In this document: positions 1 through 10,063 of the stretch, in pieces
Layout of the letters: each line of letters begins with the position of its first letter
Position numbering within the stretch: position 1 is the first letter of the stretch
DNA from: an uncultured Staphylococcaceae bacterium
GTDB taxonomy: Bacteria; Bacillota_I; Bacilli_A; RFN20; CAG-826
DNA: 52,670 nt
Assembly (NCBI GenBank): GCA_964654155.1
Contig: CAZZGL010000004.1
Span: 1-52,670 of the forward strand
Direction of reading: 5' to 3'
Position numbers and translations under genes: made by a program
Notes under the pieces: generated by a model
Told to the model about the DNA's origin: nothing
The model's database searches: none
The model's input: the letters and a program-made list of their open reading frames with translations, nothing else

Positions 1-106
1 TATAAATAGTGCCACCATCAGTATTTAAAAACGCAACTACTTCTTTTTCAAAAGTATTATTTAAAGTTCTTTTTAATTCAATTCTTTCTGTTTCTGTATA
101 CTTCAT
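1..106 (-). CDS. 5' part of AlbA_2/Schlafen-domain protein (runs off window)
   Basis: Manual translation from ATG at 106: MKYTETERIELKRTLNNTFEKEVVAFLNTDGGTIY, matching the E..IELK...VAFLNT.GG.IY AlbA_2 motif; GGAG RBS at 115-118. Confidence 0.85.
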   Translation of the reverse strand, partial: MKYTETERIELKRTLNNTFEKEVVAFLNTDGGTIY

Positions 107-438
107 TATTATTTCTCCAAATCTTTATTATTTTTTTGATAAGATATTAAATTTCCTATCTAATAATTAATTCATTTGGATTTAAATAATTCCTAACATT
201 TTGTTTAAAATAATTTAATTAGCATAGTTCTGTATAGTTTTTTATTACTTATGATATTGCAAATTATTAAGAAATTTTAAAAATAGAACTTTATATAAAG
301 TATTAATTATTAAGTACCGACACTTAAAGTCTTAGTTTTTGTAAAAATAATATAAAAACAAAGAAAAAAAATAAAAACAAAATATTAAGAACAAAATACA
401 AAAGAGGCTAGAAACTTTTATAGTTTCTTAATAGCCCC

Positions 439-2709
439 TCATTCTTTTATTATTTTAATTTTATAATCTTCAGGTGGTATTATTTCTCTCTTATTACCAA
501 TAACCTTAATTAATAAACTTTTATTATCGCTTAATGGAAGCGTAATTTTACCATCCTGATAGTTATCTAATTCTTTAAAATAAACAATTTTTTCTTTTTT
601 ATCTTGTTTAACATATCCAAAGCATGCTTCAACAAGAATATTTAAAATATAACTTGTTAATGCATGATTTAAACTAGCAAATGTTGAATCATGTTCCCAT
701 AATGTTCCTGTAATTTTTGCCATTTTATAAAAATAATCAATTGATTCTTCTTTGACTTTTTCATATTCTCCATATTTACAAAGGATCATTAATCGAAGAT
801 AATCACCAATAAAAATGTTCGATGGATATATATTAGAATAGACTTTTTTATTATTTCTATGAGGACCAAAATCATTTAACAAACATTCATATAACTTACT
901 ATATTTTTCTTTATTTGCAATACCAAAATAAAATGCATAATATTGACATGTTTCACTGATATTATCCGTTAATTGAAAAAGCTTATCATGTCGAATCATA
1001 TTATCATGAAAAAAAGTTCCATCAAAGCTATATTCTCTTATCCTATTTTTAATGTTTTCCGCTTTATGCAAATAGTAATTATTATTTAATAATTCACTTG
1101 CCGCGATTAAAGCGGATGCATATAACATATTTGAAGGAAAATTAACTCCTGAAATAAAGTCATCATCATTTGCTTTTGACCATTCAACAAATATCCAACC
1201 TTTAAGATTCTCTAAAAGTCCTAATTCATTTTCAAATTGTTCAAAATATTCTAAAATGCCTTTTATTTTATTTTTTGATAAGGAAATTAATGATTCGTCA
1301 CCAGTTCTAGATAAATAATCCTTGAGTTCTAAAATATAAAATAATGACCAGTTAGGAATAAAATTACCATCTGGATATTCACCTGGATAACACATTGGTA
1401 TCATTCCTTTTGGTAAAGTTTTATATTGTCCCACAAGAGCGTAATTTTCTAAAAAGTTATATTCAACTTTATTATCTCCAAATAATAAAAACTCTGCTTT
1501 TGCGCTGAAATAAGAATCACATAACCAACCCGCTCTTTCTCTAGAAGGACAATCGGTTAAAATATCAACTGAATTTTGAACAAACGTAGCTATTCCAGCA
1601 TCAAAAATCAATTGAATTTTAGGATCAGCAATTTCATAATTAAAAACTGTATTTAAAGGATTTTCATATAATATGAGTGATAAATTATTTACTTTAACTT
1701 TACCTTTAGAAACAATCATCCGCAAATACTTCATCGTGTATGGTTCAAATGATATATGTTTATATTTCCCTTTTGCTAATTTATAAGAAATAATATTATG
1801 AGTGGTATTTCGATAAAACTTGATATCAATCATATTATTAGAAGAAGCATTAATTTCATCAAAAATAAAATATATATCAGCATCTTCTTTAACTTCAATA
1901 TCAATTTTTAAAAAACCAGTTTTAGAATTATCTAAACAGTATGTTTTAAAAGTCATTTCATTAAGTAAATCACTACTATTTGTTAATTTATAATCCAATT
2001 TAGATATAAAATCATTAGGATTTATTTCCCATTCATATTTTTTAAAAATGCCTAATTCTTCTAAATACATATATCGATCTTCATAACATTTTTTGCTATC
2101 ATCAATGCTTACTATCCCATCTTCAATCTTTTTAAAAACCAAAGACTCAAACTTTTGATAATCAACATTTCTCGATAAATAATTATAATTATCAAAAACA
2201 TGACATTTTAATTCTAAAAAAGGAATTTTGTTTAAATAAATATTTTCAAATGGAATGCCACTAGTATAGGATTCTGAGAACACTCTTTGATATGAAAATC
2301 TAGTGACTTTTCTTAAACGTGTTTCATTTAAAAAGCACTTAAAATCATCATTATCTCCGGTATATTTAATTACTTTATTGTTTTCGATAATTTCAATTTG
2401 AATAAATGGATTAGTATTTAAAACATAATATGTATTGCAATTATAACCAGATAATTCAATAACCAAATGATGATGTCCTTTTAATAAATTATACTCATCA
2501 ATACGATAAAAATTATGAGCGGCTCTTGCAGGACCATAGCCAATTAAATTGCCATTATCAAATATTCGATAAATGCTATTACCGGTAATATATAATATTC
2601 CTTTATCTTTTATTTCAATATCGCTAACAAAGAATAACGAAACATTCATTTCTTTTAAATACGCTAAAGGATAAATAGGTTTGGCTTTTTTAAATGAGGT
2701 ATAAATCAT
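439..2709 (-). CDS. alpha-L-rhamnosidase, GH78 family (cytoplasmic)
   Basis: TDCPSRERAGWLCD, GTLWEH and SLNHA motifs of the GH78 (alpha/alpha)6 domain; no signal peptide; rhaBAD in the same locus. Confidence 0.85.
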   Translation of the reverse strand: MIYTSFKKAKPIYPLAYLKEMNVSLFFVSDIEIKDKGILYITGNSIYRIFDNGNLIGYGPARAAHNFYRIDEYNLLKGHHHLVIELSGYNCNTYYVLNTNPFIQIEIIENNKVIKYTGDNDDFKCFLNETRLRKVTRFSYQRVFSESYTSGIPFENIYLNKIPFLELKCHVFDNYNYLSRNVDYQKFESLVFKKIEDGIVSIDDSKKCYEDRYMYLEELGIFKKYEWEINPNDFISKLDYKLTNSSDLLNEMTFKTYCLDNSKTGFLKIDIEVKEDADIYFIFDEINASSNNMIDIKFYRNTTHNIISYKLAKGKYKHISFEPYTMKYLRMIVSKGKVKVNNLSLILYENPLNTVFNYEIADPKIQLIFDAGIATFVQNSVDILTDCPSRERAGWLCDSYFSAKAEFLLFGDNKVEYNFLENYALVGQYKTLPKGMIPMCYPGEYPDGNFIPNWSLFYILELKDYLSRTGDESLISLSKNKIKGILEYFEQFENELGLLENLKGWIFVEWSKANDDDFISGVNFPSNMLYASALIAASELLNNNYYLHKAENIKNRIREYSFDGTFFHDNMIRHDKLFQLTDNISETCQYYAFYFGIANKEKYSKLYECLLNDFGPHRNNKKVYSNIYPSNIFIGDYLRLMILCKYGEYEKVKEESIDYFYKMAKITGTLWEHDSTFASLNHALTSYILNILVEACFGYVKQDKKEKIVYFKELDNYQDGKITLPLSDNKSLLIKVIGNKREIIPPEDYKIKIIKE

Positions 2710-2726
2710 ACAATTTTTCTCCTAAA

Positions 2727-4232
2727 TCATTTAAGATATTGTACTTTATTTTCCAATTCTTTTTCATTAAATAAACAATTGTCATATATAGGCGAATATA
2801 CTTCTCCCTTAATAATTATTTCATTTTCTACTTTTTCTTCTTTTTTTGATAATAACATGTCTCCAATAAAATTTAATCCATTATCTTGATAACAATTTAA
2901 GTTATATTGAATACAAATGGAATCCTTATCATTAATAGTAACTTCAATAAAATTTTTATTATTTAAATAATATTGGTTATTATTTAAAGTTCCTCTTGGA
3001 ACATAAATATATAATTTACTATTTTTAATTGCTTTATTAACTTTAATATGTATTTTACCACTATCATAAATACGATTATCAATAATAAAATCAAAATCAT
3101 CATCTTTATAATAAACTGATGTAACAAATGGAATGTAAATAGAATTGCTTTCTTTAATAACCGAGAAATCACATATTTCTTTAAATCCTTCTCCTAAACG
3201 CATTGTACAACAAAAGAAAGCCTCATACATAAAAACTTTTAATTTATAATTATCTTCATAAGCACATGTCGAGCATCCTGCTCCACCATTATCACGTTGA
3301 AATGTCCGTACAGAATTGACATATATATGATTAAATAGATTTAAATACTTATATTCTCTAGTTTCTAAATATAATTTCTTGGCTATTATTATACTATCGA
3401 TAATACAGCAAGGTTCTGTCCATGTATTCGGTCGATTAAACCAATTTATGTTAGAATAATCATATGTCATACCACAATCCATATATTTATCAAAAATATT
3501 TATCGCATAATCAAGATATTTTCTTTCATTAGTAACCTGATAAAAACGATATATTCCTCTTGCACATGATACTGTTGCATGTGTTTGACATTCTAAATTA
3601 ACAAAATCAATTGTTAAAAACTTTTCAATAATATGTTCTAAATTTGTTTTTAATTGCGCATCTTTTATTAATTCATAAGCTTCACTCATACCATCCATCA
3701 TAATAAAAGCGCATCCTATATCTGAAGATAATTTCCATCCTTCATAGATTTCTTCAGTTATATGACCAGCAACACCTCCAAATTCTCGTTTAGAAATTGG
3801 ATAATGTTCATAAAAAGAAGAAATTGGATTTAAAAAATTCTTTACAATTGATTCTATTTGTTTTAAATATTTTTCATTTTTGGTAATTCTATAATAACCT
3901 ATAAGACCTCTTATATACCATGAATTACCAGCGACTTGTTGTTCATCAACATAGCTTCCATTAAAAGGATTACCAAAATATGAATATTCGTTTAAATACT
4001 CATCAATATGATTGAATATATCTTTAAGTTGTTCTAAAATATCTTCCTTAACACTACTATAACCATCAAAAGCATTATATAAAGATACTAACGCTAAAAT
4101 AGCTCTTCCTGGAAAATCGCCAGGCCATGTTGAAGATTCTTTAAATATCTCTTCACTTCTATATATAGAATTACTTAATCTTAATCTATTTAATAATATC
4201 CTTTGATATAATTCATCACGAACTTGTTTCAT
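2727..4232 (-). CDS. GH127/GH146-like cysteine glycosidase (beta-L-arabinofuranosidase-like), short form
   Basis: WTEPCC and FFCCTMR correspond to the E-x-C and CC Zn/nucleophile motifs of GH127; QTHA motif; no signal peptide. Confidence 0.7.
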   Translation of the reverse strand: MKQVRDELYQRILLNRLRLSNSIYRSEEIFKESSTWPGDFPGRAILALVSLYNAFDGYSSVKEDILEQLKDIFNHIDEYLNEYSYFGNPFNGSYVDEQQVAGNSWYIRGLIGYYRITKNEKYLKQIESIVKNFLNPISSFYEHYPISKREFGGVAGHITEEIYEGWKLSSDIGCAFIMMDGMSEAYELIKDAQLKTNLEHIIEKFLTIDFVNLECQTHATVSCARGIYRFYQVTNERKYLDYAINIFDKYMDCGMTYDYSNINWFNRPNTWTEPCCIIDSIIIAKKLYLETREYKYLNLFNHIYVNSVRTFQRDNGGAGCSTCAYEDNYKLKVFMYEAFFCCTMRLGEGFKEICDFSVIKESNSIYIPFVTSVYYKDDDFDFIIDNRIYDSGKIHIKVNKAIKNSKLYIYVPRGTLNNNQYYLNNKNFIEVTINDKDSICIQYNLNCYQDNGLNFIGDMLLSKKEEKVENEIIIKGEVYSPIYDNCLFNEKELENKVQYLK

Positions 4233-4254
4233 ATTTTCACCCTTTTGTTGATAA

Positions 4255-4285
4255 ATATAGGGTGAGTGAGAGACCCACCCTATAT
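4255..4285 (-). terminator. Stem-loop (terminator or mRNA-stabilising hairpin) between the lipoprotein genes and the GH genes
   Basis: ATATAGGGTG...CACCCTATAT inverted repeat with only a short T tail on the minus strand. Confidence 0.65.
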
Positions 4286-4311
4286 AATAAATTTTATAAA
4301 ATAAACTTTAA

Positions 4312-6987
4312 TTAAATTGCTTTTAAAGTTATTGAAATACCTGCTACATAAATTACACCTGTTGCAGAACTACCACCTGAAATATAAAGTGACATGAAAT
4401 CAACAGAAGCTGAATTAGAAAGTGTAATAACTTCTTCATGGAAACCAGTTGATGTACTCAATTCTTTAAAGTCTGAATCTAAGCGAAGCATCCATTTAAT
4501 ACTTCCATTCCATGATTCAACATAATAAGTGACTTTAATCTCATATGTATGTCCACTTTCAATGATTTTATTTCCTAATTGCTTCCATTCATATGTTGAA
4601 TCTGATCCATCAATTGTCATTTTATGAGGTGCACTGCCCATTTTTTCATTAGCTATTGCATCAGTGTTATTATCGAATGCAGATAAAGTTAAACCACCTT
4701 TAGTGGTATAGCCATTCATACTTGAATCATAATTCCATGTTTGACCAACTTTAAATCCTAAAGCAGTTTGTTGTTCTTCTTCACCTTTAACTGCGGTTAA
4801 TTCAACTTTTGTATAAGCAATATAAATTGTCGCAGTTGAAGGATTTTCAGGGAAAAAGAAGCAGAAGAAATCAACACTTCTTTCCGCAACCCATGAAATT
4901 GTACATTCATGGAAACCAATGCTATTTTCAAGATCTAAGAATACATGATTATCAAAATTAAGCGTAAAACTTCCGGAACATTCTACAACATAATAGACAA
5001 CGGTTATTGAATAAGTTTGTTCTATTTCTAAAGGTAAAGCAGTTCCTCCTGTTTGATACCATTCATGAGTTGCATTACCAATTGTACTTGTAAGTTTCGT
5101 TGGTTTTGTACCCATTTTTTCATTAGCGATTGCATCTTCATAATTATCAAACGCTTCAGTTTTTGTACCATTTTGTGCTGTCTTATCTTCATTTCCCCAT
5201 TGACGTGATGATTGAGTATAACTTTCACCAACTTTATGTCCTTTTGGGGTTTGATTTTCAGGGATTGGATCAGCATCAGCTAATTTAACATTAATATAAG
5301 CAATATAAATTTCAAAATTTGGATTATTTTGACCATAAATATCTAATTGATACCAACCATTTTCAATTGTTCCGGTATATGTTACAACGTACATATTACC
5401 ATCGTGTTTTGAATCAATAGATAAGGTTGGATTACCACTTTCACCCTTCATAATAAGATGAAATCCATTACCGTTAACTGCATAATACTTCATTTCGATA
5501 GTAATTTTCTTACCAACGATCATATTATTTTTAGTTAATCCTGAGAATGAGTGATCATCTGCATTTGTAAGTTTTAATGCATTTTTACCAAAATCAGTAT
5601 CATTTTTCATTGCGTCTTTTGCAGTTTCATTTTCAACATTGTTTATAACGATGGTCTCACCATTTGTACTTGATGCACCATTATCTACAAAATCCCATCT
5701 AAAGCCATTTTCCGCTTGCAATTGTTCCGCGGTAGGAGTAACTTCATTAACTTGAGCACATTCAATGGTTTCAAAAACAAAATTATCAACCGCAATAATC
5801 GAATCATTTGTACTTCCGCTTAATTGGAAGAAAATGAAATAAGCGTTACCAGCAGCAGGAATTTTAGTCGCTGGGAAAGAACAAGAGAAACTATTAACTT
5901 GATCTTTAGTTTTATTCGTCACAAATTGATTATTTAAGCCATTTGAACCATCCCATGAAAGTCCAAAATAAATATCACTTGGAACAGAATCAGAAAGAAC
6001 TTTATAGTCGAATGAAACTTTATAAGTGACTGCTTTTTCTCGAACAAAATAATCATTAAAAACTCCTAAGAATAAAGCATTTAAAGCGCTACCGGCAGTT
6101 TTATTAAAGTTAATTACTAATGAGTTACCTTGTATTGCATCCGAAGTAGAAGTTAAATATGCTGCATTTTGAGAATCATTTAAAGCTGCATATAAAGGTG
6201 ATTTTCTACCCTTTTCAAAGTTTTCTTTATAGACACCATAGGTGGTAATTACCGATGGATCACTATAAGAAGAAACATCAAATGATTCTGCAGTTGCTGG
6301 CTTAACATCAACTGTTAAATAATCTTCTGCATAACGACCATCATCAGTCTCAACATAATAGCTAATTTCATGTGAACCCGCTATTTTAGCGTTAAAAACA
6401 TTATTATTAATTGTTCCTGATTCCGCTAAATCTTCAATTTCAATATATGATGATAAATCTTTATTGTCGTAATCTTTTGCACTAACTGTAGGGAGTGTTA
6501 AATTTTCACCAGCATTAACAGTTAGAGTTTTATTTCCATCAATAGTTATAGTTGGATCAGGAATTGCTGTAACTGTAATATTAACAGTATCAGTTTTGTT
6601 TCCATCATTTGTGGTAACAGTAATCACTGCACTACCAATTTTATTTGCAGTAACAATGTTATCATTTACAGAAGCTACATCACTATCACTTGAAGCAAAA
6701 CTATAAGTTTTATCTTCAGCATTTTCTGGCAAAATAGAGACAGTTAAGTTTGCCGTTTGACCAATATATAATGTGGTTTTATCGGCATTCAATTCAACAC
6801 TTTCAACACGGACAACAGCTGGAGTTGTTGAATTTGGTGTTGTAGGAGTTTCGGTAGTTGGAGTATTTGTAGTTAGAGTATTTGTGATTGGATTATCCGT
6901 AGTAGGATTATCATTTCCCCCACATCCGACTAAACTACCTAAAGAAAGAATTCCTAATAACACTAATGGAATAATTTTTTTCTTCAT
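4312..6987 (-). CDS. Surface lipoprotein: Thr/Pro linker, Ig-like (Big_2) domains and several CBM-like beta-sandwich modules; putative glycan-binding protein
   Basis: Lipobox LVGC; T/P-rich linker; Big_2 signature (VESVEL...ITVTTNDGNKT); two clear internal ~150-aa repeats at the C-terminus; no catalytic motif recognised. Confidence 0.65.
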   Translation of the reverse strand: MKKKIIPLVLLGILSLGSLVGCGGNDNPTTDNPITNTLTTNTPTTETPTTPNSTTPAVVRVESVELNADKTTLYIGQTANLTVSILPENAEDKTYSFASSDSDVASVNDNIVTANKIGSAVITVTTNDGNKTDTVNITVTAIPDPTITIDGNKTLTVNAGENLTLPTVSAKDYDNKDLSSYIEIEDLAESGTINNNVFNAKIAGSHEISYYVETDDGRYAEDYLTVDVKPATAESFDVSSYSDPSVITTYGVYKENFEKGRKSPLYAALNDSQNAAYLTSTSDAIQGNSLVINFNKTAGSALNALFLGVFNDYFVREKAVTYKVSFDYKVLSDSVPSDIYFGLSWDGSNGLNNQFVTNKTKDQVNSFSCSFPATKIPAAGNAYFIFFQLSGSTNDSIIAVDNFVFETIECAQVNEVTPTAEQLQAENGFRWDFVDNGASSTNGETIVINNVENETAKDAMKNDTDFGKNALKLTNADDHSFSGLTKNNMIVGKKITIEMKYYAVNGNGFHLIMKGESGNPTLSIDSKHDGNMYVVTYTGTIENGWYQLDIYGQNNPNFEIYIAYINVKLADADPIPENQTPKGHKVGESYTQSSRQWGNEDKTAQNGTKTEAFDNYEDAIANEKMGTKPTKLTSTIGNATHEWYQTGGTALPLEIEQTYSITVVYYVVECSGSFTLNFDNHVFLDLENSIGFHECTISWVAERSVDFFCFFFPENPSTATIYIAYTKVELTAVKGEEEQQTALGFKVGQTWNYDSSMNGYTTKGGLTLSAFDNNTDAIANEKMGSAPHKMTIDGSDSTYEWKQLGNKIIESGHTYEIKVTYYVESWNGSIKWMLRLDSDFKELSTSTGFHEEVITLSNSASVDFMSLYISGGSSATGVIYVAGISITLKAI

Positions 6988-7036
6988 TGTTTTTTTCTCC
7001 TTTCATTATAAAATAAGCAAACAATTTAAGAAATTT

Positions 7037-10000
7037 CTATTTAAAGAAGTAACGTGGCATTCGAGCAGACTTTGTTTTATAATCTTCAACAAAGTGAGGA
7101 ACATTTGCTGCTTGTACTCTCCTTAAACCGCCAGTTCTCTCAGCATCTGCACATACTATCGCCATAGCAATTGGATTTCCTTGTTCAATTGCGTCTTTGA
7201 ATTCAGAGAATCCACTAAATGGAATTAAAACTTCACCAACATAACCCGTTGAACCCTTAACAATTTTTACCTCTAAAGATGTATTTAAATACTTGCTATT
7301 GGTTCTAACCGAAGAGAATGTATAGAATCCATTTTTCTCCCATGAAGGAGCAAACGCCGCTTGAATGACACCGCCTTCTTCTTTATAGATCTGCATATCA
7401 GCATTAGGCATATCTACGATAGTTGTCATGAAAATTTCAACACAATCTCCAAGCCAGAAATCATTGATTGTCTTGCAATTAATTTCATTATCGTATATAT
7501 CAAAGCCTAAATAGATACCTTTGTCATCATAAGTGATCAGTAATGAATTAACAGCAAAATTACTTTGAATTTCACTGACACTTCTTAAAGTACCTTCAGC
7601 ATCAGAAATACCATCAATGGCAATCGTAGTTGCGCCGATATTCTCCCAATCACTTAGGTCTCCATCAATTGTGATGGAATTAGTAGCCTTAGTAACATTA
7701 ACATCAGGTCCCGCTTCTTCATTCTTTTGGAACTCAATATTTTTATTACTAGAAGCTAAATTAATATCATTTTGTGATGTCTTGCCTTGTAAAATAAGGC
7801 CACTTATATCACGATCTAAGGTGTAATAGTTATAGTTATTTGTTATATCTATGTCTGAACAATTATACATATTGATAATACAGTTAAATGTATCGCCAGA
7901 TGGTTGTGTTCTACTTGGATTATAGAATAAATTAGCATCGATAGTCGATTCACTAACACCTCTAAGTGAAATCGAAGCATTACCATTGTTAGCAATGTAA
8001 TTATTCTTAATATTAACATCTTGAATTGTTTCTGAAGGTGCAACATTACCATTATTAGCAATAGCAAAGACAGAAATATCTCCGTATAAAGGTCCAGGTT
8101 TAATGTAACAATTATTAATAAACTTATTATTTATCACCGTTGGCGCTAATGGGACTGTTGCTTCATTATATATATCCATCGAGGTCGCAAGTTGTATAGA
8201 ACCATGACCAACATTCATAAATGTATTGTTAGTAATAACCGGATTAGGAACTTGAACTAATATACCTCTATTACGTTTATTTCGAATAATATTATTTTTA
8301 AAAACAAAGCTAGGTGTATCACTTATAAAGGTAACACGGCAACTACCCCATTCACCAACATTTGCCATTCTTTCATTAACTGTAAATTTAAAACCCGAAG
8401 AAGTTTGTTCAATGGATTTAATTGTGTAATAGCCTTGTGTTGGATTATGACTTTCAAAAGTATCTTCATCATAAACGGCAATTTTGCTTCCAACACTTGG
8501 AAGAGGCACAGATGATGTTATCTTTGAAACTGTCATTTCTTTTGTTTGTCCTCCAACAGCGTTTGTTAATCGATACCAATAACCATGTTTTAGATTTAGT
8601 GCATCATCATGAGAATATTCAATTAAAGAATTTTGAATAATCACATCGCCAGACATATAGTTAAAATGCATGGCATCTGCAGTTGCAGTCATTAATTGAT
8701 TACTATTCTCTTCAAGACATAAACTAAATCTATTAATATAAATATTTCTTGTATCATTTGCGGTAAATCCCATCCCAGAAGCATGATGCATTGTAATATT
8801 TTCAATATAAACATTTTCTGAATTACTAATTGTCATTCCAGAAGCATCATATTGGCTAAAACAAACAGCAACATTTGTATTATTTCTTGAACGAGTAATT
8901 ATTGATTTAAAGAAAACTTTTAAAGTGTACCCGATATTATCATCACCACTAACTTCATATGATGAAACATCATCGACTAAGAAGTTTCCTCCTTCTAATG
9001 GCGCTTTAGTATTGTAATCAAACTCAACCCATGAACGGATTGCTTTTTTTAAGCTAACAGCATCATTCAACAAAAAGCCAAATTCTTTATCAACGCTTAA
9101 AGTAATACTCTTATTATCAACATCAACTGCGGTTATTTTACCAGTTAAAGATGATGGATTTTCTAATCTAAAAGTCAAACTGTGTAATAATATGTTAGAA
9201 GAATTACTGAGATTTAAATAACCTTTCCAATTCATGTCTTTTGTAATCAAATTAATAATTGTATTATTTCCATTAAATGTCACATTATTAAGTCCATTCG
9301 CGTTAAATACCTTGCTATCTGTTGCTAATGAACCATCAACATCCATTGTTCCACCAGGAAAAGATATTTTAATATATTCATCTTCATTTTTTGTATAATC
9401 CTTAGCCATATTAATCGCTGTTTGGATTCGATAATAATCGTTTATTTCTAGAGCATCGCTATAATAAGTTTTAACTTGATCAATGGTTATCTTAGAAACA
9501 TCGATGTTATATACATAATTTCTTCCTTCATCAACTTGATATAATTCTTTAATCTGTGCTTCATCTACACCAACTTCAGAAGGAGAAGCTAAGCCATAAT
9601 CTTCTTGTCCAGATAAGCCAGAAAGCTTATAAGGAGTTGATGATAAATTAGTTACAAAATCATCGATACCTAAATAACCATATTCACTATTTTCAATAAC
9701 TTTAATATCGACACTACTAGTCTTATTTCCATCTGCGGTCGTAACAGTAACTGTAACATCGCCAACTTTAACACCAGTTAATACGCCATCGTTAGAAACA
9801 GTTGCACAATCATTTGAAACTGTATATGTTACATTTTTATTAGTGGCATTACTTGGTGAAATCGTTGTGGTTAATGTTAATGTTTGGCTAACCTTAACAA
9901 AATTTTGTGATGTCATAAGTAATACTGATTCAACACTAACAATATCAGAAGTTGTTGTCATTGATGAATTTTGATTATTATTTCCACACGAAATTCCACT

Positions 10001-10063
10001 AAAACCTAAAATAGCTACAAGCGCTACAAGGGAAAAAGCTTTATACTTTAGTGATTTATTCAT
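7037..10063 (-). CDS. Lipoprotein: Big_2 + GH110-like right-handed beta-helix + C-terminal CBM9/DOMON-like domain
   Basis: Signal peptide with GISC; TADAMHF...SHDDALN resembles GH110 ADATHF...DDAIN; RNKRNRGIL; C-terminal ITIDGDLSDW, YDDKGIYLGF and GDCVEIFM typical of CBM9_1/DOMON. Confidence 0.7.
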   Translation of the reverse strand: MNKSLKYKAFSLVALVAILGFSGISCGNNNQNSSMTTTSDIVSVESVLLMTSQNFVKVSQTLTLTTTISPSNATNKNVTYTVSNDCATVSNDGVLTGVKVGDVTVTVTTADGNKTSSVDIKVIENSEYGYLGIDDFVTNLSSTPYKLSGLSGQEDYGLASPSEVGVDEAQIKELYQVDEGRNYVYNIDVSKITIDQVKTYYSDALEINDYYRIQTAINMAKDYTKNEDEYIKISFPGGTMDVDGSLATDSKVFNANGLNNVTFNGNNTIINLITKDMNWKGYLNLSNSSNILLHSLTFRLENPSSLTGKITAVDVDNKSITLSVDKEFGFLLNDAVSLKKAIRSWVEFDYNTKAPLEGGNFLVDDVSSYEVSGDDNIGYTLKVFFKSIITRSRNNTNVAVCFSQYDASGMTISNSENVYIENITMHHASGMGFTANDTRNIYINRFSLCLEENSNQLMTATADAMHFNYMSGDVIIQNSLIEYSHDDALNLKHGYWYRLTNAVGGQTKEMTVSKITSSVPLPSVGSKIAVYDEDTFESHNPTQGYYTIKSIEQTSSGFKFTVNERMANVGEWGSCRVTFISDTPSFVFKNNIIRNKRNRGILVQVPNPVITNNTFMNVGHGSIQLATSMDIYNEATVPLAPTVINNKFINNCYIKPGPLYGDISVFAIANNGNVAPSETIQDVNIKNNYIANNGNASISLRGVSESTIDANLFYNPSRTQPSGDTFNCIINMYNCSDIDITNNYNYYTLDRDISGLILQGKTSQNDINLASSNKNIEFQKNEEAGPDVNVTKATNSITIDGDLSDWENIGATTIAIDGISDAEGTLRSVSEIQSNFAVNSLLITYDDKGIYLGFDIYDNEINCKTINDFWLGDCVEIFMTTIVDMPNADMQIYKEEGGVIQAAFAPSWEKNGFYTFSSVRTNSKYLNTSLEVKIVKGSTGYVGEVLIPFSGFSEFKDAIEQGNPIAMAIVCADAERTGGLRRVQAANVPHFVEDYKTKSARMPRYFFK

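Noticed and set aside
121-438. AT-rich gap between the AlbA_2 gene and GH78 as a further pseudogene or ncRNA
   Set aside because: No recognisable translated motif; only an imperfect hairpin near 404-440 and A-tracts
6810-6915. Thr/Pro-rich low-complexity stretch as a tandem DNA repeat
   Set aside because: It is an ordinary lipoprotein linker with no exact repeat unit
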